Positions 8,991 through 17,811 of a DNA stretch of 53,370 nucleotides are shown here, in pieces; the first letter of the stretch is position 1, and the number at the start of each line of letters is the position of its first letter. The translations under genes were made by a program, and so were the position numbers. The notes beneath the pieces are model-generated. The model did no database searches. It saw nothing but the letters and a program-made list of their open reading frames with translations, and was not told where the DNA came from. The stretch spans positions 1 through 53,370 of the forward strand of contig JBGUUX010000070.1 in assembly GCA_045133915.1 (NCBI GenBank), in the 5' to 3' direction. The DNA is from Eubacteriales bacterium. GTDB taxonomy: Bacteria; Bacillota; Clostridia; Oscillospirales; CAG-272.

Positions 8991-11240
8991 ATGGGTTTTG
9001 TAAGTACATTTATTGATAACAGCGAACATTATCCCTCTCTTATAGAACAGGGCGAATCTTATGCGGTGCAGTTTAATGCCCTTGTACCCTTTGACGGATA
9101 TCATTATATCTGTCCCCGCATGTCAGCCCATGACGGTATTCTCCACTTATCTCTCTACAAGTGGAACCGTACATACAACGAAACCGTAAACGGTGAAGCT
9201 ATTGCTACCACCGTTTGCGACCTTGCCAACGGTACGACCATGGAGTTCTATTTCCCCGAGCAGCAGCCGGGTGAGTACCTTATCGTAGCTCACGACGGTA
9301 CCCGCGGTGTAGGTTTCTGCGGTCTTATCGATTCCTTTGACGGTGCGCTTATCTATATCAACGGCACACCTGCTGACGGCAGTATCGAGGGCTACGTTAA
9401 GTTTACTCAGGATGCCGAAGAGTATTTCGGTGAGCTTTCTATGGATTTTGAGGCTATCAAGCCCGTAAAGCCTATGCCCAAGCAGATGCTCTCCATCAAT
9501 CACCCCATCAATGCAATGAAGGTGGATAACGAGAGCTTTACTGCAATCGACGGTCTGGGCCGTAAGCTTCCCACCTTTGAAGAGGTAGGCGAAAAGAGAA
9601 AAAGGAAGAGCGTAGGTCTTTTCTACTGGGATTGGCACTATCACTACGAGCTTTCCAAGCCCTGTAACGTAAGCAAGATAATCGCAGAGCATCCCGATGC
9701 CAAGAATGATTACAATCATCCCATCTGGGCGGATAATCAGGCAGAGGCATACTTCTGGAACGAGCCTGTTTACGGTTATTATACCTCTAACGATAAGTAC
9801 GTTCTCCGCCGTCAGGCAGAGCTTTTGGCTGATGCAGGTGTAGACTTCATCGTATTCGACTGTACCAACGGCTCCTATACCTGGAAGGTAGGCTACGAGA
9901 CTCTTCTTGAGACCTTCCACGAAGCGAGAATGGACGGTATCAAGACACCTCAGGTTGCATTTATGTTTAACTTTGCACCCTTCCGTTCTACCCACGTAAT
10001 GCTCCGTAAGGTATATACCGATATCTACCGCCGCGGCAGATATAAGGATCTGTGGTACTACTATGACGGCAAGCCTCTTGTTATCGGCTTTGACGATATC
10101 TTCAAGACCGGCAGAAGACTTGATAACGAGATCCTTGATTTCTTCACCTTCAGACGTAACGATCCTCTCTATTTTACCAAGGAATCCCCCACTCCCGACT
10201 CCTGGGGCTGGCTCTCTATCAATCCTCAGGCTAAGTACGCTCCCCGTGAGGACGGAAGCTTTGAGCAGATGACGGTAGGTGTAGCACATAACGCAAGCGT
10301 TCACGGTCTTGTTCCCATGAACGATATCAGAGGCGGTGTATACGGCAGAAGCCATACCACCAACCCCGATTATTCTTATACCTATAAGAGAGCAGGCAAG
10401 GACTTTACCGCAAAGGCGGGAATTGAGAACGATCATTATTACGGTCTTAACTTCCAGGAACAGTTTGATTATGCAATAGAGTCTGATCCCGACGTACTCT
10501 TTATCACAGGCTATAACGAATGGGTTGCAGGCAGACATCCCGTATGGCAGGAATCTCCCAACGCATTCCCCGACCAGTATTCTGATGAGTTCAGCCGTGA
10601 CGTAGAGCCTACCAAGGGTCCCTTAAAGGATTTCTACTATTATCAGATGGCGGCTAACATCAGACGCTTCAAAGGTCTTTCTAAGCCTCAGGCTCACGCA
10701 GTAGAAAAGAGCATTAATTGTATTTGCGATTGGAACGATGTTCCCGCAGTTAACCTCTATCTCAACACCGCACCCAAGCGTGACAACGACGGTTGGGCAG
10801 GCACACACTACGTAAACGATACTGCACGTAATAACGTCGCAGTTACAAAGTGTGCCTATGATAACGAGAACGTATACTTCTACGCTAAGTGTATGGCTGA
10901 TATCACAGCTCCCGAGGCTGACAACTGGATGAGACTCTTTATCTCAACCGACGACACTAAGCCCAATTGGGAAGGTTTCAACTATTATGTCAGCTGCTTT
11001 GAGCGTAGGTTAAAGGTAAGCACGGGCGGTTGGAGCTTTGAAGACATAGCGGACGCCGAGGTAGCCGTTACAGGCGACACTCTTACCGTTAAGATCCCCC
11101 GTTCAGCCCTCGGTCAGGATAAGCTTAACTTCTCCTTTAAGTGGTCGGACAACGCACAGAACGACGGCGATATCATGGACTTCTACGTAAGCGGTAACGT
11201 AGCACCCTGCGGAAGATATTCTATTCCCGTAAAAGAATGA
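8991..11240 (+). CDS. hypothetical protein, possibly a glycoside-hydrolase-like TIM-barrel with flanking beta-sandwich domains; no signal peptide
   Basis: Long ORF with normal codon bias. ATG 8991 is preferred over GTG 8982 because AGGTGA lies at 8979-8984. The central segment LLADAGVDFIVFDCTNG...GYNEW resembles carbohydrate-active TIM barrels, but the family is not recognised. Confidence 0.55.
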   Translation: MGFVSTFIDNSEHYPSLIEQGESYAVQFNALVPFDGYHYICPRMSAHDGILHLSLYKWNRTYNETVNGEAIATTVCDLANGTTMEFYFPEQQPGEYLIVAHDGTRGVGFCGLIDSFDGALIYINGTPADGSIEGYVKFTQDAEEYFGELSMDFEAIKPVKPMPKQMLSINHPINAMKVDNESFTAIDGLGRKLPTFEEVGEKRKRKSVGLFYWDWHYHYELSKPCNVSKIIAEHPDAKNDYNHPIWADNQAEAYFWNEPVYGYYTSNDKYVLRRQAELLADAGVDFIVFDCTNGSYTWKVGYETLLETFHEARMDGIKTPQVAFMFNFAPFRSTHVMLRKVYTDIYRRGRYKDLWYYYDGKPLVIGFDDIFKTGRRLDNEILDFFTFRRNDPLYFTKESPTPDSWGWLSINPQAKYAPREDGSFEQMTVGVAHNASVHGLVPMNDIRGGVYGRSHTTNPDYSYTYKRAGKDFTAKAGIENDHYYGLNFQEQFDYAIESDPDVLFITGYNEWVAGRHPVWQESPNAFPDQYSDEFSRDVEPTKGPLKDFYYYQMAANIRRFKGLSKPQAHAVEKSINCICDWNDVPAVNLYLNTAPKRDNDGWAGTHYVNDTARNNVAVTKCAYDNENVYFYAKCMADITAPEADNWMRLFISTDDTKPNWEGFNYYVSCFERRLKVSTGGWSFEDIADAEVAVTGDTLTVKIPRSALGQDKLNFSFKWSDNAQNDGDIMDFYVSGNVAPCGRYSIPVKE

Positions 11241-11245
11241 TAAAC

Positions 11246-11281
11246 AAAAATCCCGAACGGAATTTCCGTTCGGGATTTTTT
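11246..11281. terminator. bidirectional intrinsic terminator
   Basis: AAAAATCCCGAACGG-AATTT-CCGTTCGGGATTTTT: an 11-bp stem flanked by an A-run and a T-run, lying between convergent genes. Confidence 0.85.
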
Positions 11282-11876
11282 ATAGTTCTATCTTTCTGTC
11301 CTTAAAATAATATTCCTTATCTCTGTCATTTATCTCTCTGAGTACTTTGCAGGGATTACCTACCGCAACTACGTTTGAAGGTAAGTCCTTTGTGACAACC
11401 GAGCCTGCACCCACAACGGTGTTGTCACCGATAGTAACACCGGGCAGGACAATAACACCTGCGCCAAGCCAGCAGTTACGCCCTATATGGACGGGCATAT
11501 TGTACTGATACGCCAGTTCACGAAGCTCCGGCAGTATGGGATGACCTGCGGTAGCTATGACAACGTTAGGACCGAACATAGTACAGTCGCCAACGTATAT
11601 GTGGGTATCGTCAACCAAAGTAAGATTGAAGTTTGCATATATATTATTACCGAAATGTACGTGAGCACCGCCCCAGTTTGCGTGCAGGGGAGGCTCTATA
11701 TAACAATCCTCACCTATCTCAGCAAACATATCCTTTAACATTTCGGTTCGTTTTTCAAGCTCTGTGGGTCTTGTCTGATTAAAATCATAAAGCTTATCAA
11801 GACACTCTATTTGTTTTTCAAATATCTCTTTGTCGTTTGGCAGATACAGATCTCCCGTGTGCATCTTATTTATCAT
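11280..11876 (-). CDS. sugar O-acetyltransferase (maltose/galactoside acetyltransferase family, hexapeptide repeat)
   Basis: 198 aa. N-terminal Mac-type region (GDLYLPND) followed by left-handed beta-helix hexapeptide repeats (GRNCWLGAGVIVLPGVTIGDNTVVGAGSVV). Overlaps the end of the upstream GH2 gene by 11 nt. Confidence 0.85.
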   Translation of the reverse strand: MINKMHTGDLYLPNDKEIFEKQIECLDKLYDFNQTRPTELEKRTEMLKDMFAEIGEDCYIEPPLHANWGGAHVHFGNNIYANFNLTLVDDTHIYVGDCTMFGPNVVIATAGHPILPELRELAYQYNMPVHIGRNCWLGAGVIVLPGVTIGDNTVVGAGSVVTKDLPSNVVAVGNPCKVLREINDRDKEYYFKDRKIEL

Positions 11877-13542
11877 TATTCACCTCGTTAAATTTATCAA
11901 ACAATGCCTTTGACATATCCTGCATTACCTTGACATCGGTTTTAATGACCTTGCGGTCATAGGTAACAAGACCGTTGGTCTCGTCCTCGATATCGCTTAC
12001 CTGAGTAAGCACGGTAGCGCACAGACCCTTTTCTATGTTGGGAATGATTTCGTTCCTGTACAGGTTGTCAAGGGCTTTTGTAAAGTCATCTGTATTTTCA
12101 AAATACTTATACCCATAAGTCTTTGACAGATTAAAGGAATGCTCGGGTATCTTGCAGCTGTAACCTCCGAACTCGGAAAGAACCAAGGGCTTGTCGGAAG
12201 GCTTTAAGTTGATCTTTCTAAAATAAACGTGCTCACTTACCACGTCGCTTTCTTTTGTTCTGAACCAGCCCGATGCAGTATCGTATATCCTCGAGGGGTC
12301 AAAGCTCTTGAACTTACGGTAGAGCTTGTCACCGTCGTGCTGACCCCAGCCTTCGTTGAATATGGTGTAGTAGCATACCGAAGGGTGATTATACAGAAGG
12401 CGCATCATATCCATAGATATCCGACGGAACTCTGCCTTTGTCTTATCGTTTACGGGACGGGTAAGACCTTTTTTGATGCCCACGGTAGGCAGTACAGTAT
12501 CAAGCAGATAGTTGTACCCGCCGCAGTTCACCATATCCTGAAAAACTATCATTCCGTACTTGTCACAGTAATAATAGAATAATTCGGGCTCGATCTTGAT
12601 ATGCTTACGAAGGGTGTTGAACCCCAAACGCTTCATAGTAAGGATATCGTATTTATATCCCTCGGGAGATGCGGGAGTGTATATTCCGTCAGAGTAATAC
12701 CCCTGATCCAGTATACCGTGGAAGAAATAAGGCTTACCGTTAAGACATATATAGTTCTTATCCACAGTGACGGTACGCAGAGCAAAATAAGATTGAACCT
12801 TATCATCACCGCATTCGATTGTAAAATCATATAAATACGGATTTTCGGGTATCCAGTGTATAGGGTTATCGATATCTATCTTGATATAGCTTCCGTCAAA
12901 CTCGTATACCTTATCACCAAGGGTGAGCTTTTTATGCTTTGCTCCTCCGACGGTCTCTATCTTTACCGAGTCAAGTGTGGGAGTTATCCATAAGCTCTTG
13001 ATATATTCCTTGGGAACCTCCTCCAGCCATACAGTCTGCCATATACCGCTTATGGGGGTATACCACATACCTCCGCGTTTTTTGCATTGCTTACCGTAGG
13101 CGCTTGTACGGTCAAGATCGTCTGTAACGACTACACGAAGGGTGTTTGCCGACTCAAGATGTTCTGTGATATCAACCTCAAAGGGCAGATAACCTCCGTT
13201 ATGAGTAGTCACAAGTATACCGTTTATATATACCTCTGCTACCTGATCCACAGCACCAAAATGAAGAATAACGCGCTTGTCGGTCTTAATCGAAAACTCT
13301 CTTACATAGACATACTGTTCACCCTTTTTAAGCTCGCGGCATATACCCGAAAGTACCGATTCGGGCGGAAAGGGTACTTTTATCTTTCCGATATGTTCTT
13401 CAGTTCCGTTCTTTAATACAGACAAGTCCCATTCTCCTAAGAGGGGAATATAGCCGTCTCTTTTAAGGGTAGGTCTTGGATATTCCTTTTCCCATGTTAT
13501 ACTGCTATCGGTAAACGGTGTATATAAATGCTGTAACTTCAT
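11866..13542 (-). CDS. glycoside hydrolase family 2 protein (beta-galactosidase/beta-glucuronidase-like)
   Basis: 558 aa with the GH2 sugar-binding and TIM regions (FGAVDQVAEVYINGILVTTHNGGYLPFEVDIT, NTLRKHIK, TIFNEGWGQ). Confidence 0.8.
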   Translation of the reverse strand: MKLQHLYTPFTDSSITWEKEYPRPTLKRDGYIPLLGEWDLSVLKNGTEEHIGKIKVPFPPESVLSGICRELKKGEQYVYVREFSIKTDKRVILHFGAVDQVAEVYINGILVTTHNGGYLPFEVDITEHLESANTLRVVVTDDLDRTSAYGKQCKKRGGMWYTPISGIWQTVWLEEVPKEYIKSLWITPTLDSVKIETVGGAKHKKLTLGDKVYEFDGSYIKIDIDNPIHWIPENPYLYDFTIECGDDKVQSYFALRTVTVDKNYICLNGKPYFFHGILDQGYYSDGIYTPASPEGYKYDILTMKRLGFNTLRKHIKIEPELFYYYCDKYGMIVFQDMVNCGGYNYLLDTVLPTVGIKKGLTRPVNDKTKAEFRRISMDMMRLLYNHPSVCYYTIFNEGWGQHDGDKLYRKFKSFDPSRIYDTASGWFRTKESDVVSEHVYFRKINLKPSDKPLVLSEFGGYSCKIPEHSFNLSKTYGYKYFENTDDFTKALDNLYRNEIIPNIEKGLCATVLTQVSDIEDETNGLVTYDRKVIKTDVKVMQDMSKALFDKFNEVNNDK

Positions 13543-13610
13543 TCTATCACATCCTTTTATTTGATTTTATCATTGTCGAATGAAATAGTCAATTAATTTC
13601 AAGAAATCGG

Positions 13611-13639
13611 TTTACAATGGAAATTATTTGTGTTAAAAT
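13611..13639 (+). promoter_or_regulatory. candidate promoter of tRNA-Arg (TTTACA, 17 nt spacer, TGtTAAAAT)
   Basis: -35 at 13611-13616 and an extended -10 at 13634-13639. The predicted TSS is only a few nt before the mature tRNA 5' end. Confidence 0.5.
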
Positions 13640-13649
13640 ACATAGGTAT

Positions 13650-13726
13650 CCGCCTTTAGCTCAGCTGGATAGAGTACCGGATTCCGATTCCGTTGGTCGC
13701 AGGTTCGAATCCTGTAAGGCGGGCCA
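13650..13726 (+). tRNA. tRNA-Arg (anticodon CCG), CCA encoded
   Basis: Hand-folded cloverleaf. Acceptor CCGCCTT/AAGGCGG, D arm GCTC-AGCTGGATA-GAGT, anticodon arm CCGGA-TTCCGAT-TCCGT, variable loop TGGTC, T arm GCAGG-TTCGAAT-CCTGT, discriminator G, then CCA. 77 nt. Confidence 0.85.
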
Positions 13727-13730
13727 AAAA

Positions 13731-13756
13731 ACCAAGTCTTCGACTTGGTTTTTTTA
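13731..13756 (+). terminator. intrinsic terminator after the tRNA
   Basis: ACCAAGTC-TTC-GACTTGGT followed by a T-run. Confidence 0.85.
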
Positions 13757-13802
13757 TCCAAGCCAAAAGGCTTGGTGTATCATTCATATTCAGAGGTGCA
13801 AT

Positions 13803-14453
13803 ATGATCAACATAACCATCTGGCTTGACAATTTTATAAATACGTTAGAAAACACCTTCGGTAACCGCATTTGGTTTGTAGGTCTGCAGGGTAGCTATGC
13901 AAGAGGTGAAGCTACAGAAACAAGCGATATTGATACCGTCGTTATCCTTGACACCCTTACTACGGAGGATATCACGGCATATAACGCTATGCTTGATACT
14001 CTGCCTCACAGAGAGCTTATCTGCGGCTTTATTTCGGGTAAGAGTGAAATACTTAACTGGGAGCCCTCGGATCTCTTTCAGTTTTATTATGATACCAAGC
14101 CCATAAAAGGCAGTCTTGATGATCTGCTTGAAGTAATAGACGGTACAGTCGTTGACAGAGCAATTAAAACAGGTGCCTGTAACATCTATCACGGCTGTGT
14201 ACACAATATGCTCCATACAAAGAGCGACGATATTCTTCGCGGTTTATATAAAGCCGCATCCTTTGTCATTCAGGCAATCTGCTTTAAAGAAACAGGGAAG
14301 TATATCACCCGCCGTACCGATCTTCTGGAATTTGTTTCAGGTGAGGAACAGAAGATATTAAAAATTATTATTTCATTAAATAACGGTGACAATATCGAGT
14401 TTTCCAAAATGTCCGAAGCCTTGTTTGCCTGGTCACAAAAGCTGATCGGTTGA
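13803..14453 (+). CDS. nucleotidyltransferase-domain protein (pol-beta superfamily; KNTase/ANT-like two-domain layout)
   Basis: The track ORF starts at 13617 but overlaps the tRNA and its terminator. A realistic start is ATG 13803 (MINITIW, AGAGGTG upstream). Contains GLQGSYARGEATETSDIDTVVIL, the G-S-x(n)-DxD NTase motif, plus a helical C-terminal half. Confidence 0.7.
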   Translation: MINITIWLDNFINTLENTFGNRIWFVGLQGSYARGEATETSDIDTVVILDTLTTEDITAYNAMLDTLPHRELICGFISGKSEILNWEPSDLFQFYYDTKPIKGSLDDLLEVIDGTVVDRAIKTGACNIYHGCVHNMLHTKSDDILRGLYKAASFVIQAICFKETGKYITRRTDLLEFVSGEEQKILKIIISLNNGDNIEFSKMSEALFAWSQKLIG

Positions 14454-14506
14454 CAAAAGATACCGGATATGATATCTTAACCTTATAAAATCTTCAGAGG
14501 TTTATT

Positions 14507-15448
14507 ATGTATTTACTTTGGATTATCCCCTTATCTATAGTAGTTTTAATATTACTTCCATCCTTAGTTTGCTTTATGATAGTATTCTATTCTCCCAAGC
14601 GTAAGGTGTTGGGTGATGACGAGTACGAGATCCCCGAGGGGGAGATATACGAGGTGCACCGTGATTATATGGTAACCTGGATAAAGAACTCCCGCACCAT
14701 GCCCCACGAGGATATGTGTATTACCTCATACGACGGACTTAAGCTCCGAGGAAGATATTATGAGTATTCCAAGGACGCTGTCGTTGAGATCCTGTTTCAC
14801 GGCTACAGAGGCTCCGGAGAGCGTGATCTTGCAGGAGCTATAGACAGATGCTTTCAGTTAGGCAGGAGCGCTCTTATCGTCGATCAGAGAGGTAGCGGAC
14901 TAAGTGACGGACACGTTATTACCTTTGGTATCAAGGAGAGATACGATTGCCTTAGCTGGATAGAACACTGCATCAAGCGCTTCGGAGAGAACGTAAGGAT
15001 CAAGATAACGGGAGTCTCTATGGGCGCGGCAACGGTTATGATGGCTTCAGGTCTTGAACTGCCGCGGAACGTTATCGGTGTTCTTGCCGATTGCGGTTAT
15101 ACCTCTCCTAAGGAAATCATAAAAAAAGTCATTAAGGATATTAAACTCCCCGTATTTGTTTTCTATCCCTTGATACGTTTAGGCGGTGTACTTTACGGCG
15201 GCTTTGATATAGAGTCCGCCTCTCCCATAGAAGCAGTCAAAAACTGTAAATTACCCATACTTATCTTCCACGGAGACGAGGATGCATTTGTTCCGTATTA
15301 TATGGCGCAGGAACTTTATGATGCCTGCGGCTCTGACAAAAAGCATTTCCATACGGTCAAGGGTGCAGGTCACGGACTTGCCTTTCCAGCTGACAGAAAA
15401 GGATATCTTGACACGGTACGCAGAACCTCAAAGGAATGGGGAATATAA
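14507..15448 (+). CDS. membrane-anchored alpha/beta hydrolase
   Basis: N-terminal TM helix, the GVSMGAAT nucleophile elbow (GxSxG), and late D and H residues (HGDEDAFVP, GAGHG). Confidence 0.8.
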   Translation: MYLLWIIPLSIVVLILLPSLVCFMIVFYSPKRKVLGDDEYEIPEGEIYEVHRDYMVTWIKNSRTMPHEDMCITSYDGLKLRGRYYEYSKDAVVEILFHGYRGSGERDLAGAIDRCFQLGRSALIVDQRGSGLSDGHVITFGIKERYDCLSWIEHCIKRFGENVRIKITGVSMGAATVMMASGLELPRNVIGVLADCGYTSPKEIIKKVIKDIKLPVFVFYPLIRLGGVLYGGFDIESASPIEAVKNCKLPILIFHGDEDAFVPYYMAQELYDACGSDKKHFHTVKGAGHGLAFPADRKGYLDTVRRTSKEWGI

Positions 15449-15474
15449 CCTAATAAAATTCGGGCATATGCCCT

Positions 15475-15503
15475 AAAAAAGCCCGAAAACATCGGGCTTT
15501 TTA
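15475..15503 (+). terminator. intrinsic terminator
   Basis: AAAAAAGCCCGA-AAACA-TCGGGCTTTTT. Confidence 0.8.
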
Positions 15504-15585
15504 TGATTTTATATAAGGAATTTTATATCTCCAATTCGTATAATAAGTGAAGGGGTCGAAAAATGACCCGCAGGAGGATAAAACT

Positions 15586-16134
15586 ATGGATAACGGTGCA
15601 AGTAGCTACCGCCGTTTTCTTGATGGTGACGAAGCCTCCTTTGACGATATAATGAAGGAGTATTTTTACGGACTTGTATTCTTTATAAACCGCTACGTGC
15701 AGGACGTTCATGCGGCAGAGGATATAGCTGTAGATGCTTTCAGCGATCTTATTGTTAATAAGCATAGGTATAATTTCAAGGTTACCTTAAAGACTTATCT
15801 GTATATGTTAGGCAGAAGTCGTGCTCTTGATTATATAAGACACAGAAAAGCAATCGATTTCACCGAGCTGTCTGATGCAAACGCAATAGCAGACATAAAC
15901 TCTCTTGAAGAACTGGTTATCACAGAGGAACGTAAACGCATAATACATAAGGCTATAGCAGAGCTTCCAAAGGATATGGGTATTGCGGTACATCTAATAT
16001 ACTTTGAGGATATGAGTTATGCTGATGCCGCAAGGGTAATGAAAAAGACCGGTAAACAGGTGGACAATCTCTTATATCGTGCAAAGAAAGAGCTTCGCAC
16101 TATTCTCGGAGAGGACGGTGAAGCGTTGTTATGA
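15586..16134 (+). CDS. ECF-type sigma-70 family RNA polymerase sigma factor
   Basis: ATG 15586 has an AGGAGGA RBS, so it is preferred over the track's GTG at 15547. Region 2 (FYGLVFFINRYVQDVHAAEDIAVDAF) and a region 4 HTH (SYADAARVMKKTGKQVDNLLYRAKKEL). Confidence 0.85.
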   Translation: MDNGASSYRRFLDGDEASFDDIMKEYFYGLVFFINRYVQDVHAAEDIAVDAFSDLIVNKHRYNFKVTLKTYLYMLGRSRALDYIRHRKAIDFTELSDANAIADINSLEELVITEERKRIIHKAIAELPKDMGIAVHLIYFEDMSYADAARVMKKTGKQVDNLLYRAKKELRTILGEDGEALL

Positions 16135-16763
16135 AGCAATTAAAGGAATATAAGGCGGAGATATTCCGCCGAAGTGAAGAAATAATACTCGAAAGAACAG
16201 AAAATAAAAAGAGAAGAAAAAAGATCTTAATGTCTCTATGCGTACCGCTGTGTCTTGCAGTAGTCATAAGCTCTGTTATGATATTACCTTCGCTTATTCA
16301 AGGTGATCACGTTTCTAATGAAGAAGATAAAATTATAAGTGATGCAGACGGTGCAGCTCCTGTTGATACGCATGCTCGGAGCTATCTGTATGCAGATATT
16401 AGTTTTTGTGATGAAGATAAGCAAAACAGAATAGATGCCCCTGAAAAGTTAAACGAGCTTTCTGAGCTGATAAGATGTGCCTACGCTGACAGTTATCTAT
16501 ATTATGATATTACCGAACGGGGAAAAGGGGCAGAGGATGACGAAGGTGATTTTGTTGACAATGAAATGTACGATGCCGTTGATGAATCTGTTTCCGAAAA
16601 TGAAGTTGAACGCTATACTATCACTCTTACCGCACCGGACGGCTACCAAAAGAAAATTATAATAGAGGGTAACACTATCAGCGACCCCGAGCTTGACATT
16701 GAGGCTACCTTAAAGGAAAAACGCTTAGAGCAGTTAAAGGAGCTTTTGATTTCTGTATATTGA
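16131..16763 (+). CDS. single-pass membrane protein, putative anti-sigma factor (no zf-HC2 motif)
   Basis: ATGA overlap with the sigma gene. Short cytoplasmic N-terminus, KKRRKK then a TM helix, and an acidic extracytoplasmic domain. The call rests on position only. Confidence 0.4.
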   Translation: MKQLKEYKAEIFRRSEEIILERTENKKRRKKILMSLCVPLCLAVVISSVMILPSLIQGDHVSNEEDKIISDADGAAPVDTHARSYLYADISFCDEDKQNRIDAPEKLNELSELIRCAYADSYLYYDITERGKGAEDDEGDFVDNEMYDAVDESVSENEVERYTITLTAPDGYQKKIIIEGNTISDPELDIEATLKEKRLEQLKELLISVY

Positions 16764-16777
16764 TTGGAGGCGTATTG

Positions 16778-17797
16778 ATGAAAAAAGTAATTTTCATTTT
16801 TCTTGGTTTCTTACTTACGGTATGTACAGTGATCACAGTCCTTATCCTGTGCGACAGATATGGAACTGTAACCAACATCTCAACCAAAACCGATGATACT
16901 ACCATTGAAAAAAAGCTACAGACAGACGTTGAGTTTACAGTCGAATATGCCCGTACAGGCAGTTATATTGAGGAGAATTATTATCCCATAGTAGAAACGA
17001 TCACCTCGTACGATGCTCTGAACGAATACTACGAAGATAATAAGGACACCTATTATTTTGGCAGAGCGGATAAAAGCTATGGGGACTCAAGCACAGGCTT
17101 TCTTGACGCCTGCGACATGTACACCGAGGAATTCTTTGGGGAAAAGTCACTGATTTTCGTAATATTGGAAGAACCCAGCGGTTCTATACGGCATAGCGTT
17201 GAGTACGTTAAGCTTACAGACGGTATTATGGATATCGGAATAGATTCCATTGTTCCCGAAGCCTGTACCGACGATATGGCAATATGGCATATTATTGTTT
17301 CGCTTGATAAAAACGCAATCCCCGAAAGCGAGGAAAATATCCGCATATTCTCTGACGGCAAGGAGATGGTAAGGGAGTATTTTGACTTCTTTATCAGGTG
17401 GAATACCTACGGTATCAGTTCTTATGACAGCAGAACAGGTCTGCTTATAAAGAGTAACGATGCCACACGTCCCGAGGATTATATTACAGGATGTTATCTG
17501 TCAAATGAACAGATGAAGAATATACGAAAAATCGTAGATGAACTTGATATCACAAGCTATCCTGATGAATATAACCCACACGGTAAAGGTGTTTCGATGC
17601 CTTATATGACGTTAGAATTATCTGTAGCTACAGAGAACTACACCAAAACCGTAAAAGTACCAGAAACGATACTGTCCTTTGAGGCGGATAACGCCCGGGG
17701 ACAGCGATTCTTAAATGCTTTTGGTTCGATAATAGACATACTTACCAATACCGATGAATGGAGAGCTCTGCCTGATTACGAATTTTTCTATGACTGA
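16778..17797 (+). CDS. membrane-anchored or secreted hypothetical protein
   Basis: ATG 16778 follows GGAGG. N-terminal hydrophobic anchor. The segment LEEPSGSIRHSVEYVKL is faintly PrcB-C-like. Family not recognised. Confidence 0.6.
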   Translation: MKKVIFIFLGFLLTVCTVITVLILCDRYGTVTNISTKTDDTTIEKKLQTDVEFTVEYARTGSYIEENYYPIVETITSYDALNEYYEDNKDTYYFGRADKSYGDSSTGFLDACDMYTEEFFGEKSLIFVILEEPSGSIRHSVEYVKLTDGIMDIGIDSIVPEACTDDMAIWHIIVSLDKNAIPESEENIRIFSDGKEMVREYFDFFIRWNTYGISSYDSRTGLLIKSNDATRPEDYITGCYLSNEQMKNIRKIVDELDITSYPDEYNPHGKGVSMPYMTLELSVATENYTKTVKVPETILSFEADNARGQRFLNAFGSIIDILTNTDEWRALPDYEFFYD

Positions 17798-17811
17798 GAG
17801 GAGACATTAAT

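Noticed and set aside
9147-10538. 463-aa ORF on the - strand
   Set aside because: It is in-register antisense to the 8991-11240 CDS, and the sense frame is longer with normal codon bias. It is a shadow ORF.
13617-13802. N-terminal 62 codons of track ORF 13617-14453
   Set aside because: This stretch reads straight through the tRNA-Arg gene and its terminator. The real CDS starts at ATG 13803, which has an RBS. Similar upstream overextensions were trimmed for the ORFs starting at 7436, 15547, 16760, 20303, 22268, 24675, 25664, 28015, 40609, 43663, 46913, 47119 and 49752.
15505-15545. TATATAAGGAATTTTATAT, resembling the AT-rich tail (TGTATAGGAATTTG) of repeat copies E1 and E2
   Set aside because: The match is only about 12 nt in AT-rich sequence. 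The GC hairpin, ACTGCGC and CACAC blocks are all absent, so it is probably chance or a very degraded remnant.
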